From contig JBGSVZ010000113.1 of assembly GCA_041752695.1 (NCBI GenBank), positions 32,001 to 96,000 on the forward strand: 64,000 bases of DNA, given 5' to 3'. This document shows, one piece after another, positions 1-10,024 of this stretch (the first letter of the stretch is position 1; each line of letters starts with the position of its first letter). Origin of the DNA: Terrimicrobiaceae bacterium. GTDB taxonomy: Bacteria; Verrucomicrobiota; Verrucomicrobiia; Chthoniobacterales; Terrimicrobiaceae. A program made the translations under genes and the position numbers. The notes under the pieces were generated by a model. It ran no database searches, was not told the DNA's origin, and worked only from the letters and a program-made list of their open reading frames with translations.

Positions 1-301
1 GCGAGGCCCCAGCCGTCTCCACGACATTCACAGAAGGAATGCCGGACTTTGCCACGCACTGGATGCCTTTGTCTGACCAAACCGCGCAGATCACGCCGGG
101 ATGAGGAGCATCCGGCGGAAAATGGGCAAGGTCCGCTGCATCAACACTCTTCGATTGTTTGATAAAATTCCATGGCCGCGCCGAGTGAATCTGCCGGAAG
201 ATCCCGAGCAGGATTTCCCGTGTGAAGAAGACGTCCGTGGGGAGACCGAGCATCACATGGGCGGTCTTGGAGGCTTTGTCGAACTTGGAGGTTTTCGCCA
301 T
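1..301 (-). CDS. XylR-like transcriptional regulator, N-terminal part (runs off the window)
   Basis: Not in the ORF track. Manual translation from ATG at 301 gives MAKTSKFDKASKTAHVMLGLPTDVFFTREILLGIFRQIHSARPWNF...GIPSVNV, resembling the sensor N-terminus of XylR-type regulators. Divergent from the sugar ABC operon. Confidence 0.6.
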   Translation of the reverse strand, partial: MAKTSKFDKASKTAHVMLGLPTDVFFTREILLGIFRQIHSARPWNFIKQSKSVDAADLAHFPPDAPHPGVICAVWSDKGIQCVAKSGIPSVNVVETAGAS

Positions 302-491
302 GGAAGAGAACCCGAAAATTGCGGCAGATTGTTTGAAGATGCAATTCAATTGCTCTCATTCCCACCGGGCCTGACGAGGACTTAATCAAAATGTCCGCCG
401 CAAATCCGACCAAAATGATCCGCAATTTCACAGTCCAACCGGATGGTTCTCCTTGAGTGATTAATGCCCTTTAAGGAGTGTAAGCGAACCC

Positions 492-3203
492 GTGTTCCAT
501 CGCGCCTTCCTCCCTCTATTTTTACTGACCACCTGTCTCGCACAAGCCCGGCCATCTACGGATTCAGCTCAAAGTGCTTCAAGGACAGTGGTCCGCGTGA
601 CTGGATTCACCAATTGGGCCTGGGATCCAGTGACTCGTGCGCGGCGCGCTTCGCTCCGCGCCTGGCTGAAGAGCGAAGATCCTCAAACCGGAAAACCCTG
701 GGGGCAGATCGTCCAGATCGAGCCCGACAATCCGCTGAACTTTCCCGGTTTCAGCCTCAAGCTGCTCAACTTTGCCGCTGGCACGGGCGAGCAGGTGATC
801 ACGACAAACCAGGGAATCGACCAGTTTTTTCAATACCGCAACATGCGGTTCCTTCTCCCGCTCAATGCGTTTATTTGGAAAATCCGCACGTCGGCTGACG
901 GGCAACCGCTCCGGAAGGCCGACGGTTCATGGGACTATGAAACCGGCCCGGACGGCGAGCGCATCCTGATCTGGCAGGATTGGGAGAGAATCCCCAAGGT
1001 CTACCGAGAGCTTTCCGTGGTCGACGACGACGTCTTCGGGGTTCCAATCTCCACATCGGTGATGGGCCTGATGTATCGCCGCGATGTCTTCAAGGACTCG
1101 GGGTTGGATGACCAGGAGCCGCCTGCGACATGGGACAAAATGTTCGAGGACTGTTTGCAAATCTGCGCCAATGCGCCGGAGGGGAAAGTTCGTTTTGGAA
1201 TCCAGCTCACCGACAAGGTCCTCCAACTCCACGTTTTGGGAAATGGCGGGAACTTTGCCCTCCAGGAACCGGGTGGAACATCCTGGCGTGCCACCCTGGA
1301 CACCCCTGAGGTGGCGGCCGCAATCACCTACGGCCGACGACTCACCCTCACCCGCTGGCTGAGGGGCCCGGACAACAAGCCCATCGTGGCCTGGGATCCG
1401 TCCGCCACGACCCAGCCCAGGATTTTTCACCCGGCACTTGGTGAGGGGCACTGGGAGGGAAATCCGCTTTCCAATGGATCCTCGGTCGTCTTCCCCTCCC
1501 GCACGTATGGCCCGGGCGAGATCCGCATCGGGGTGGCAATGAACCAGCTCGGCGGGGTCTCCGCCGGGGTTTCTGAGAAATGGTATGATCTCTTTTTTGC
1601 GCCCGATGGATTGCTGGGGATGGCCTTCAACACACCTGATCGGGTGACAGGCTTCTCCGCCAGCTTGAATCCGGCCTGGCTTGGCTACGGCCCGATTCCC
1701 GCTGGATCCGCTGGTCGACGACTTCCGGCCCAGAGTGAGATGGGCGGACTCAATTACGTCCTTGCAAACAATCCGACGAAGGCCCGCCTTTCCTGGCAGG
1801 TGCTAAGTTTTCTTTCCGGAGAGCAGTCCCGGCGCGAGGCCGTCCACAGCTATGTGCGGGAGGGGGAGGGCATCGCGGAAACCCTCGACCCGAAGCGACT
1901 GGAGGCAGAAGGCTACATGACCATCGCCCAACGGGTTCAACCCTCTCTTCGGGCCTATTGGGAAAACGCAGAGCCGTGGACAATCGCTCCCATCGGCGCA
2001 AAAAATTTCGACGCCCTGCTCGGAAAATACCTCGCCCCCATCTTCCGCCGTGCCAGCGAGGACCCGAACTATGACTTCCGTCCAGCCCTTCTGGAAGCCC
2101 AGCAGCAGATTCAAGCGCGGCTGGATTTCGACGCGGGAGATGCCAACGCCGTCAAAGGCAGGCCCCTTATTCTTGCCGCGATCTGGGCGATGTTTATCCT
2201 CGTCCTTGTCGGAGGAATCCTCGGGTTCCGCTCGCTCCTCGTCATGCACGCGGGAAACGCCGGGCCAGATCGCGCAGGAATGAAAAACCGCTACGAGCGC
2301 ATCGCCTGGACAATGCTTGCCCCTGCCCTGCTCCTCATCGCGGTTTTCTCGTATTACCCAATATTCAAAGCCCTGCCGATCGCGTTTCAAGACTACTATG
2401 TCGTGGGGCCCTCAACCTGGGTGGGAGCAAACAATTTCGTGGAGGTATTCAGGAACCCAGCGACCTGGAAATCACTATTACTTACCGGCTACTACATGGC
2501 GGTCGCCGTCACGATCGGCTTCTTCGCCCCCGTTGGGCTTGCGATCCTGATGAGCGAAATCAAAGCCTTTCGCTACTTTTTTCGAACCGCCTATTACCTG
2601 CCGGGTGTGGTGGCTGGCATCATTCTTCTGGTCATGTGGCAACGATTCTACGAGCCGACCCCGCAGGGAATGATGAACGGTCTTCTTCATGGCCTCATAA
2701 ACGCGTGGAATGCAATCAGCCCCGGGACGTCCTGGGATCTGATGTATCAGCCGGTGGATTGGTTAAGGCATCCGGTCTGGGGTATTCCCGCCGTCATTTT
2801 TGTCGGAGTCTGGGGAGGCATGGGCGGAGGGATGCTGATTTACCTGGCCGCTCTGAAAAGTATTCCCGAGGAACTCTACGAGGCGGCGGAAATCGACGGG
2901 GCCGGCTGGCGGAGCCGCTTTATGAACATCACGATGGCCTACCTCAAGCCGCTGCTCATCATCAACTTTATCGGAGCGGTGATTGGGGCATTCCAATCCT
3001 CGGGAAACATCCTCGCCCTCGCGGGCAACTTCCCGGCGACTTACACATTCGCCGTCCACCTCTGGTTCGAGGCTTTCGGTCTCGGCAATTTCGGCGTCGG
3101 CACCGCCCTCTCCTGGCTCATGGCTTCGATTCTCGTCTTCTTCACTATTTGGCAATTGAATATTCTGCGGAAGGTGGAGTTTCGCAAAGCCGAGGCTGAT
3201 TAG
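492..3203 (+). CDS. Carbohydrate ABC transporter, fused solute-binding domain + MalF-type permease
   Basis: Signal peptide; SBP motif 'GLMYRRDVFKDSGLD..PPATWD'; C-terminal TM helices with EAA loop 'IPEELYEAAEIDGAG'. Confidence 0.85.
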   Translation: MFHRAFLPLFLLTTCLAQARPSTDSAQSASRTVVRVTGFTNWAWDPVTRARRASLRAWLKSEDPQTGKPWGQIVQIEPDNPLNFPGFSLKLLNFAAGTGEQVITTNQGIDQFFQYRNMRFLLPLNAFIWKIRTSADGQPLRKADGSWDYETGPDGERILIWQDWERIPKVYRELSVVDDDVFGVPISTSVMGLMYRRDVFKDSGLDDQEPPATWDKMFEDCLQICANAPEGKVRFGIQLTDKVLQLHVLGNGGNFALQEPGGTSWRATLDTPEVAAAITYGRRLTLTRWLRGPDNKPIVAWDPSATTQPRIFHPALGEGHWEGNPLSNGSSVVFPSRTYGPGEIRIGVAMNQLGGVSAGVSEKWYDLFFAPDGLLGMAFNTPDRVTGFSASLNPAWLGYGPIPAGSAGRRLPAQSEMGGLNYVLANNPTKARLSWQVLSFLSGEQSRREAVHSYVREGEGIAETLDPKRLEAEGYMTIAQRVQPSLRAYWENAEPWTIAPIGAKNFDALLGKYLAPIFRRASEDPNYDFRPALLEAQQQIQARLDFDAGDANAVKGRPLILAAIWAMFILVLVGGILGFRSLLVMHAGNAGPDRAGMKNRYERIAWTMLAPALLLIAVFSYYPIFKALPIAFQDYYVVGPSTWVGANNFVEVFRNPATWKSLLLTGYYMAVAVTIGFFAPVGLAILMSEIKAFRYFFRTAYYLPGVVAGIILLVMWQRFYEPTPQGMMNGLLHGLINAWNAISPGTSWDLMYQPVDWLRHPVWGIPAVIFVGVWGGMGGGMLIYLAALKSIPEELYEAAEIDGAGWRSRFMNITMAYLKPLLIINFIGAVIGAFQSSGNILALAGNFPATYTFAVHLWFEAFGLGNFGVGTALSWLMASILVFFTIWQLNILRKVEFRKAEAD

Positions 3204-3217
3204 CAGACAACAAGGTT

Positions 3218-5101
3218 ATGATTATCTCCAACATTGAGCGCCGGACCCTGCGGGGGAAAATGGCGATGGCGGTTATCTACTCCGCACTCCTTTTTGGGGC
3301 GGTCACGATGATCTATCCGTTTCTGCTCATGCTTCGGCTTTCGACCTCCGATGGCACCGACCAGAACTCGCTATCCCCGCTCCCATCGTTCTGGTGGAGC
3401 AAACCTGATTTGGCAAACAAGTATCTCATCCAGCAATACCTGATTCCGAACGAGATGCTTGCCTATGCGTACGGGGACGATTCCTGGTCATCCATAGTCA
3501 AAAAAAGGGATCTCTACGAACAGCACCTGCAACCTTTCGAATCGCTCCCACCGGAGCAACTCGCCCGCCGCGCCGGGGATTTCGTGGCGTTCAAAGAAAC
3601 CTTAGACCCGCGCTATGTCGGAGTCCAGTTCACCTACGTGCCGGGCCGCAGCCGCGAAGACATGTGGATTCAGTTCTACCTCGCCCGCCGGGACAAGGCG
3701 CCACCGGAAAATTACCGCTTCATCGAGCCTCCAAAACCGGATTTCAAACGCCGCGATTGGACGCCAGCATTCGACGCTGATTGGTTTAACTGGCAGGAAT
3801 GGTCAGCCCAGCTTCTTCCGGCCGAGTGCTACGCCTACAGCGCCAACTTTCCTTACCAGGTTTTCCTCAAGCGCCGATACAACGAGAACCTCGCAGCGTT
3901 GAACGCTGCGCATGGCGCCAACTACCGTACGTTCGCAGACGGCCCAGTTTTCTCAACCGAACCACCTGCCGCCGGTTCGCGGCAGCGGGCGGATTGGGAC
4001 ACTTACGTGAACACCTCCCTCCCACTGTTTTGGCAGCGACTCACGCCCGAAGCAGCTGTCCGCCTTACCCTCGCCTGGAGAAAGTTTATATCCGATTCCA
4101 AACACATCACCGGTGCAGCGGACTGGGCGACCCGGACAGGACTTCCCCCGGAGGACCCGGCGCTGCTGGCCTTGCCGGAGACCATGCCCCCCTCCGATGT
4201 GGCAGCCCGGTGGTGGTGCGATTTCGTTTCGGAGCATGCAGAGATTTCGGACCGCATTTTTTCCAGTAGCGAGGAGGATTTTTGTGCCTTTTTGAAAGAG
4301 AAATACGGCACCCTGAGCGGCCTGAATACCGCCTGGGGGTCCAACTTCAAGGCTTGGGAAGCCGTCCGCCTTCCGCTCGCCGAGACGGATCTCCACCTTC
4401 TCTCAACCCAGCGACTGGCGATTACCTGGGAAAAAACCATCACTAACTACAGGCGGGTCTTCGAGATGCTTGGAGGCACGGGAGGCGGTCCGTTTTTCAA
4501 CACGTTTCTGATCATCCTCCTCTCCGTCGTCACGTCCCTCACCGTGAACCCGTTAGCCGCCTATGCCCTCTCACGTTTCCGCCTGCGCCGCACGCAAAAG
4601 GCTCTCATCTTTATCCTGGCGACAATGGCTCTGCCTAGCGAAGTGGCCCTCGTTCCCGGCTTTCTTCTCGTCCGTGACCTTCACCTCACCGACAGCTTCT
4701 TTGCGCTCGTCCTTCCGCACGCGGCCAATGCCTTCAGCATCTTTTTGCTCAAAGGGTTCTTCGATTCGCTTCCGCAGGAACTCTATGAAGCTGCAACCAT
4801 AGATGGGGCCGGCGAGATTCGCATGTTTCTGCAGATTACCATTCCCCTTGCGATGCCGATCATCGCGGTCACGTTGCTCAGCACCATCACCCACGCCTAC
4901 AACCTGTTCATGCCGGCCGTCATGTACCTTGGCGATACCTCGCTGTGGCCGGTCGCAACAAAGATTTACGAAATCAACCAAACGTCCGGAAAGGGAATCG
5001 GCATGGCCGCACTGGTGGTTGCCAGCATCTTCCCCCTCCTCGTCTTCATCTTCTGCCAGCGCATCATCATGCGCGGCATCATTCTTCCGAGCATGAAATG
5101 A
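3218..5101 (+). CDS. Carbohydrate ABC transporter permease (MalG-type) with large extracytoplasmic insertion
   Basis: N-terminal TM 'IYPFLLML', about 350-aa soluble insert, C-terminal permease with 'LPQELYEAATIDGAGE'. Confidence 0.85.
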   Translation: MIISNIERRTLRGKMAMAVIYSALLFGAVTMIYPFLLMLRLSTSDGTDQNSLSPLPSFWWSKPDLANKYLIQQYLIPNEMLAYAYGDDSWSSIVKKRDLYEQHLQPFESLPPEQLARRAGDFVAFKETLDPRYVGVQFTYVPGRSREDMWIQFYLARRDKAPPENYRFIEPPKPDFKRRDWTPAFDADWFNWQEWSAQLLPAECYAYSANFPYQVFLKRRYNENLAALNAAHGANYRTFADGPVFSTEPPAAGSRQRADWDTYVNTSLPLFWQRLTPEAAVRLTLAWRKFISDSKHITGAADWATRTGLPPEDPALLALPETMPPSDVAARWWCDFVSEHAEISDRIFSSSEEDFCAFLKEKYGTLSGLNTAWGSNFKAWEAVRLPLAETDLHLLSTQRLAITWEKTITNYRRVFEMLGGTGGGPFFNTFLIILLSVVTSLTVNPLAAYALSRFRLRRTQKALIFILATMALPSEVALVPGFLLVRDLHLTDSFFALVLPHAANAFSIFLLKGFFDSLPQELYEAATIDGAGEIRMFLQITIPLAMPIIAVTLLSTITHAYNLFMPAVMYLGDTSLWPVATKIYEINQTSGKGIGMAALVVASIFPLLVFIFCQRIIMRGIILPSMK

Positions 5102-6525
5102 ACTGCTCACGTCCCAAAATCGTCATTATTGGCGCAGGGAGTCTGTTTTTTGGCCGCAAGCTCATCTGGGCCATGAACCGTTTGGAAGGCCTCACCGACG
5201 GCACGCTATCGCTTGTGGACACCGACCCCACGCACCTTGCGGGCATGGAGACTCTGGCTCGAAAATCAAAGGCCGCCTCCGGTGCCAGCTTTCAGATCGA
5301 GGCGTCAACGAATTTCCGTGATGCCCTGCCCGGCGCGGACTTCGTAGTTCTGAGCTTTTCGCACCGGAACGCTCACTACCGCGGGGTGGATTGTGCGATC
5401 AGCGCGAAGCACGGGGTGCGGATGTGCTCGGGCGACACCATCGGGCCCGGAGGAGTCTTTCGGGCCCTTCGTGAACTGCCGAATGTGCTGGAGATCGCCA
5501 ATGCCGTCGCTGAGACGTGCCCGGAGGCTTGGCTGATCAACTACATCAACCCGTCAACCGTTATCGGCATGGCGCTCCAGCGCCATGGAAGGACAAAAAA
5601 CTTCGCCATGTGCGACAGTTTGCATCTCCCGTTTCTCAAGCAGAACTACATGGAGATGATCGGGCTGGATCCAGCCAGGGAGGAGGAATTCGACATGCGC
5701 GTGACGGGCGTCAACCACTTCACCTGGATGCTGAAAGCCACATTCCAAGGGAGGGATGTCTTGCCGGATCTCCGCGCAGCACTCGGAGATTTGGGCGACA
5801 AGGAAGACGCGGCGGACTGTGCAAAATCTCTGTTCAACAAACGGATCTCCGCCAAACTTGGGAGCGTTTTCGGAGCGATCCCGGTCTGCACGGCCCATAC
5901 GAAGGAATATCTGCCGTACTTCCAAGGACAGGGGGCTCATGTCGCAAGTGAGATCGTGCCCCCGCTCAGCCTTTTCGAGCATGAGGACCGCGAACGGATC
6001 ACCTCGCAGATGTGGGACGAAGTGAACGCCTTTTGCTCCAGAAAAAAGCCCATTGCCGAATTCTTGGAACAGGGAAGTTCGGACCACGCGACCGATGTCA
6101 TCCAGGCAATCTGGAACGACTCCGGCCGCCACCTCTACGTCAACGTTCCTAATACCCACTGCGTCCCGAATCTCCCGTCGGATGCGATCCTTGAGCTGGA
6201 ATGTGAGGTCGGAAACTCCGGTCCATCGCCCCTTCCGGTCGGCAACATGCCGCTTGGCCTGAGATGCCTGCAGATGCGGATCCTCGACACGCACGAACTG
6301 ACGGTTGAGGCGTTTCTAAAGAAGGACCGCAACCTGCTGCTGCGGGCCCTTGCGGTTGATCCCATCATTAATTCGCTCCGAACGGCCGAAGCCGTTCTGG
6401 AGGATCTCTACGAATCCCAAAAAGACGTCCTCGAAGATTGGGTCGCTCCCGGAAAGCCAACGGAAGACGCCTGTCGCAACGCGGCACAGGATACGGTTCA
6501 TCAGGGACAGACAATTATTTTCTGA
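5098..6525 (+). CDS. Glycoside hydrolase family 4 (NAD+/Mn2+-dependent, alpha-galactosidase-like)
   Basis: Start reset to ATG 5098 (ATGA overlap with upstream stop); motifs 'KIVIIGAGS', 'DTIGPGG', 'NYINP', 'GVNHFTW'. Confidence 0.85.
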   Translation: MNCSRPKIVIIGAGSLFFGRKLIWAMNRLEGLTDGTLSLVDTDPTHLAGMETLARKSKAASGASFQIEASTNFRDALPGADFVVLSFSHRNAHYRGVDCAISAKHGVRMCSGDTIGPGGVFRALRELPNVLEIANAVAETCPEAWLINYINPSTVIGMALQRHGRTKNFAMCDSLHLPFLKQNYMEMIGLDPAREEEFDMRVTGVNHFTWMLKATFQGRDVLPDLRAALGDLGDKEDAADCAKSLFNKRISAKLGSVFGAIPVCTAHTKEYLPYFQGQGAHVASEIVPPLSLFEHEDRERITSQMWDEVNAFCSRKKPIAEFLEQGSSDHATDVIQAIWNDSGRHLYVNVPNTHCVPNLPSDAILELECEVGNSGPSPLPVGNMPLGLRCLQMRILDTHELTVEAFLKKDRNLLLRALAVDPIINSLRTAEAVLEDLYESQKDVLEDWVAPGKPTEDACRNAAQDTVHQGQTIIF

Positions 6526-7895
6526 TGTCTGGCTCCCAACCCATCGACATTACCGTCTACCACGCCATCGGGGATGGAAAGACGCTCAACACGGCGGCGA
6601 TCCAGTCCGCCATCGATGCGGCCGTTGCCCCCGGTGGCGGCGGGCATGTTGTTGTTCCCCCGGGAACATTCGTGACAGGCACCCTCCATTTACGAAGCAA
6701 TCTTTGGCTCGAACTCCGACCGGGCGCGGTCCTGGCGGGGTCGCCCCGCATCGAGGATTATCAGGCACTCGAAGCCGGCTTCCAAAAAGATCTCCAGCCC
6801 TTCCACCTGGTGGTGATCCAAGATGCCGAAAACATGCGCATCTCGGGTCCGGGCCGGATCGACGGAAACGGACCGGCATTCTGGGAATCCGAGCCCACGC
6901 CGTCCGGCTGGATTCGCGAATTCGCACAACGGCCAAGTCCGATGATCGTCTGCTCAGACTGCCACCGTCTTGTCTGGGACAACGTCGAGATTACAAACTC
7001 CCCGGGCTGGACACTCCACCTCAAACGTTGTGAGGACGTACAGGTCCGAGGAGTAACAATCCGCAACAACCTGTTCGGACCAAACACCGACGGAATCGAC
7101 ATCGACGGGTGCCGCGATGTTCGCATCTCGGATTGCCTGATCATTGCAGGCGATGACGCGATCGTCCTCAAAACCACACCGGACTCACAAAGCTGCGAAC
7201 GCGTGACAGTAACAAACTGTATCATCTCGACCAACTGCCGGGCACTAAAACTGGGAGCGCACGAGTCGTTTCACGATATGCGTGACGTTGTCTTCAGCAA
7301 CTGCGTCGTGGAAAAATCCGTCACGGCTCTCTGCCTCATCACGCGCAACGGCGCAGTCTATGAGAACATCACCGTAAACAACATTGTCGGGCATTCTTTT
7401 TCAAATCCGGACTACAACCAGCCCATCCACATCGACTCGGCCAGGATCAACCCCGATGCCAAACCGGGGACGATCCGAAATGTCCTGATCAGTAATTTCA
7501 TCTGCCATTCCAATGGCCCTATTCTCATAACCGGCGAACCCGGGCACCCTGTCGAAAATATAACCCTGCGAGGGATTCAGGTTCATCCCAAAGACGTCCA
7601 CGACCCGTATCCCGGAGGGCTCACCGCAACGGGGCCGCAATTTTCCCCCGCAACTCCGGAGGCGCGGGCAGCGAGGGCCGCCATCGTGGTTCAGCACGCG
7701 CGGAATTTCGTCGCAAAAGACGTCTCGGTCTTGTGGCCTGAAGACGTGCCCGCCGGTTTTCACGGGTTCTGGGCCTCGGATGTCATCGGCGGCCTCGTGG
7801 ATCTGTCGCTGATCCGCCCTTCCATTTACGGTGTGCCGACGGCGCACCTCGAGAACAGCACATTGCACCTAAGCCCCAGTTGCATGCCGCAGTGA
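6525..7895 (+). CDS. Glycoside hydrolase family 28 (polygalacturonase-like beta-helix)
   Basis: Start reset to ATG 6525 (TGATG overlap); 'AIGDGKTLNTAAIQSAID', 'NTDGID', 'GDDAIVLK'; no signal peptide. Confidence 0.85.
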   Translation: MSGSQPIDITVYHAIGDGKTLNTAAIQSAIDAAVAPGGGGHVVVPPGTFVTGTLHLRSNLWLELRPGAVLAGSPRIEDYQALEAGFQKDLQPFHLVVIQDAENMRISGPGRIDGNGPAFWESEPTPSGWIREFAQRPSPMIVCSDCHRLVWDNVEITNSPGWTLHLKRCEDVQVRGVTIRNNLFGPNTDGIDIDGCRDVRISDCLIIAGDDAIVLKTTPDSQSCERVTVTNCIISTNCRALKLGAHESFHDMRDVVFSNCVVEKSVTALCLITRNGAVYENITVNNIVGHSFSNPDYNQPIHIDSARINPDAKPGTIRNVLISNFICHSNGPILITGEPGHPVENITLRGIQVHPKDVHDPYPGGLTATGPQFSPATPEARAARAAIVVQHARNFVAKDVSVLWPEDVPAGFHGFWASDVIGGLVDLSLIRPSIYGVPTAHLENSTLHLSPSCMPQ

Positions 7896-8273
7896 AAAAC
7901 GACTGCCCGGAAACGTATCCGAGCCTGCTCGCCGCGTGATACGAAATCATCGACGCGGACTATGGCTGCCGGGTTCGAATTCTCCCTGCCCTGCCTCGAT
8001 GGCGGGTCAGGCACCTGCACACGACCCGCGGGAAATGTCGAAGCCGGATGAAGATCCGGAACCTCGCGAACAGGGCATCCTACGCGAGTATATCATTCGC
8101 CGCAAATCTCGACTTCTCCATACGCTCCGTTGGGTTGTCCCAAAGTGACCTCCACGAGATACTAAATCCGTCCTTACAGAAAACTCCCTCGTGGGTCGAA
8201 TAGACCATCAATTCCTAGCAATCTGGGAGGCTTCCCAAGGCGTTTCCAAACTTCACCTGATCTGCATTAATCG

Positions 8274-9233
8274 ATGAACCCCGCCAACCCGCTTTTTCCT
8301 CCACCGAATGCAGGATCCGCCCTCCGCGAGCAGTCATCCTCCACAAACCGGAAAGGCTGTTTTCGCCCGCGGGTCTGCCTCCTGCTCATTCTCTCCGCCT
8401 GCCTTCTGCCCGCGCTGCCTGTCCGAGCGGATTCGAAGAAAAAGGACACTGAGAAATCAAAAGCTGAGAAACTGCAGGCCGACCGAAGCCGTGCAGTGAC
8501 CACTCATCTGACGTTTCTGAAACCTTACATGCCTCACCTCACGCCTGCCGACATCAAAGGACGGAGTCTCGATGGCCTGCGCCGCCTCTACTACGAGGCC
8601 TTCCGTGCACAGGGACTCAGCATCGAAGAGTCCACCGCCAAGGCGGCCGCAGAAATTACCCCGGAGAGGGCGCGGGAAGTGAATATTAATAAATACTCCT
8701 CGACCAGTGCCTCGAAAGAGCAGTCTGAAAAATCTGTCAAAGTCCATTTTGACTACCTATCCGTCTATAATCCCGGTCTCACCATGTCGGATCTTCAGAA
8801 AAAAAGCATCGCGGATCTGCGTCGCCTTTACTACGAGGCTTACATCAGTCAAGGGGTCAGCATTGTGAATGCCAAACGCCAGGCTGATGAACTTGATCTC
8901 CAGCCCGAGAAAAAACCCAAGATCAATCCCCCCTCCACGCCTGCTGATGAACCGGCCGTGGTCGATACCAACTTCGAATACCTGAGCCCGCACCTTCCGT
9001 GGCTCAAGCCCGGGGACCTGAAGAACAAGAGTGACTCGGACCTTAAACGCCTTTACTACGAGGCCTATCGTGCGCAGGGGATGAGCATGCAAGAGGCTAC
9101 CCGGACGGCCGATTCTCTGATTGTGGTCACCCTTTCCGCCGGAGACGATCCCTACTCGCTTGAGGCCGGGCAGATTGCAGCCTCAAGCAAAACCACCGTC
9201 AACAGCAAGCCAAGCCCCACCCCGAAAAAATAG
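8274..9233 (+). CDS. Secreted hypothetical protein with three ~50-aa internal repeats
   Basis: Hydrophobic signal-like segment ending VRA; three copies of L-[RK]-RLYYEA-[FY]-xxQG-x-S. Confidence 0.7.
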   Translation: MNPANPLFPPPNAGSALREQSSSTNRKGCFRPRVCLLLILSACLLPALPVRADSKKKDTEKSKAEKLQADRSRAVTTHLTFLKPYMPHLTPADIKGRSLDGLRRLYYEAFRAQGLSIEESTAKAAAEITPERAREVNINKYSSTSASKEQSEKSVKVHFDYLSVYNPGLTMSDLQKKSIADLRRLYYEAYISQGVSIVNAKRQADELDLQPEKKPKINPPSTPADEPAVVDTNFEYLSPHLPWLKPGDLKNKSDSDLKRLYYEAYRAQGMSMQEATRTADSLIVVTLSAGDDPYSLEAGQIAASSKTTVNSKPSPTPKK

Positions 9234-9782
9234 CATTTAGCGATCAAGAATTTTGAGCATGGTGGGCCCTCCCTCAACTTGCGGTCCCCAAGGATTGTCC
9301 CGCAACAAGCTCATTGCCGTGAGTGCACTCTCCCTTTGTTTCCGCTCCAACCAATCAAACAACCCGCAGAACTTCAGTTTTGAAGTGTCCCACTTCAGGG
9401 GTCAGGCCAAACCGGCTGCGAATCAGTGCGGAGGATTCCAATGCTGCGGTTAAAACCCTGATGAACAAAGGAAACCAACGCTCCCATGGAATGGCGTGGG
9501 CCTTTCGAAGGTGCCTCGATAACAGCTTAGCGGTGTCCACCGAACGTTGAGTACCTATCTGGAGTTTTTCTTCAATCCCGAAATCTCCGAAGTCCTATGC
9601 GTAAACGAACCGAGGTTCTCCGCCTCCGAGATCGACGCTGAAATATCGTCGAACTTGTGTGTCTGAAAAAAGGTGCTATGTGTGTCTAAATCCTGCTCAT
9701 GCTGCACATGTTGCTCATGACGCACGTATTGATAGTCAGACAATTACAAAAATTAAAGACGGTTTCAGAGGAGAGCCATAAC

Positions 9783-9829
9783 GGCTCATAACCTGAAGGT
9801 CGTAGGTTCAAATCCTACCCCCGCAACCA
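9783..9829 (+). pseudogene. 3' half of initiator tRNA-Met(CAT); att-site remnant
   Basis: GGCTCATAACCTGAAGGTCGTAGGTTCAAATCCTACCCCCGCAACCA gives anticodon loop, T-arm, acceptor 3' strand and CCA. The D-arm and 5' acceptor strand are absent. Confidence 0.85.
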
Positions 9830-9834
9830 ATTTC

Positions 9835-9867
9835 AAAGCCTTGTAGGTCAATGACTTACAAGGCTTT
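9835..9867 (+). terminator. Hairpin immediately downstream of the tRNA fragment
   Basis: AAAGCCTTGTA-G-GTCA-A-TGAC-T-TACAAGGCTTT followed by T-rich sequence. Confidence 0.6.
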
Positions 9868-10024
9868 TTGATTTTCTGCGAAAAACGGGTTTCCGGCCAA
9901 CGTGAACAAAAACCCCGAAAAACGTGAACAATTCACGCTTGTAGCGGAGTCGGGTTTTGGGTTCGCGGGCGGCGTGATGGACGCCGCAGGTTGCTGGTTC
10001 CAGTGCCTTGAAAAGCACCGAACC

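Noticed and set aside
101..431. ORF-track entries 101..385 (+) and 141..431 (-)
   Set aside because: They overlap a more protein-like minus-strand frame starting at 301 that runs off the window
7900..8270. Short ORFs between GH28 and the repeat protein
   Set aside because: No motif, RBS or family resemblance that I can support
9323..9600. Possible decayed integrase C-terminus ('DNSLAVSTER')
   Set aside because: Resemblance too short and weak to support a call
9750..9829. Complete tRNA-Met gene
   Set aside because: Sequence upstream of 9783 cannot form the D-arm or 5' acceptor strand; only the 3' half is present
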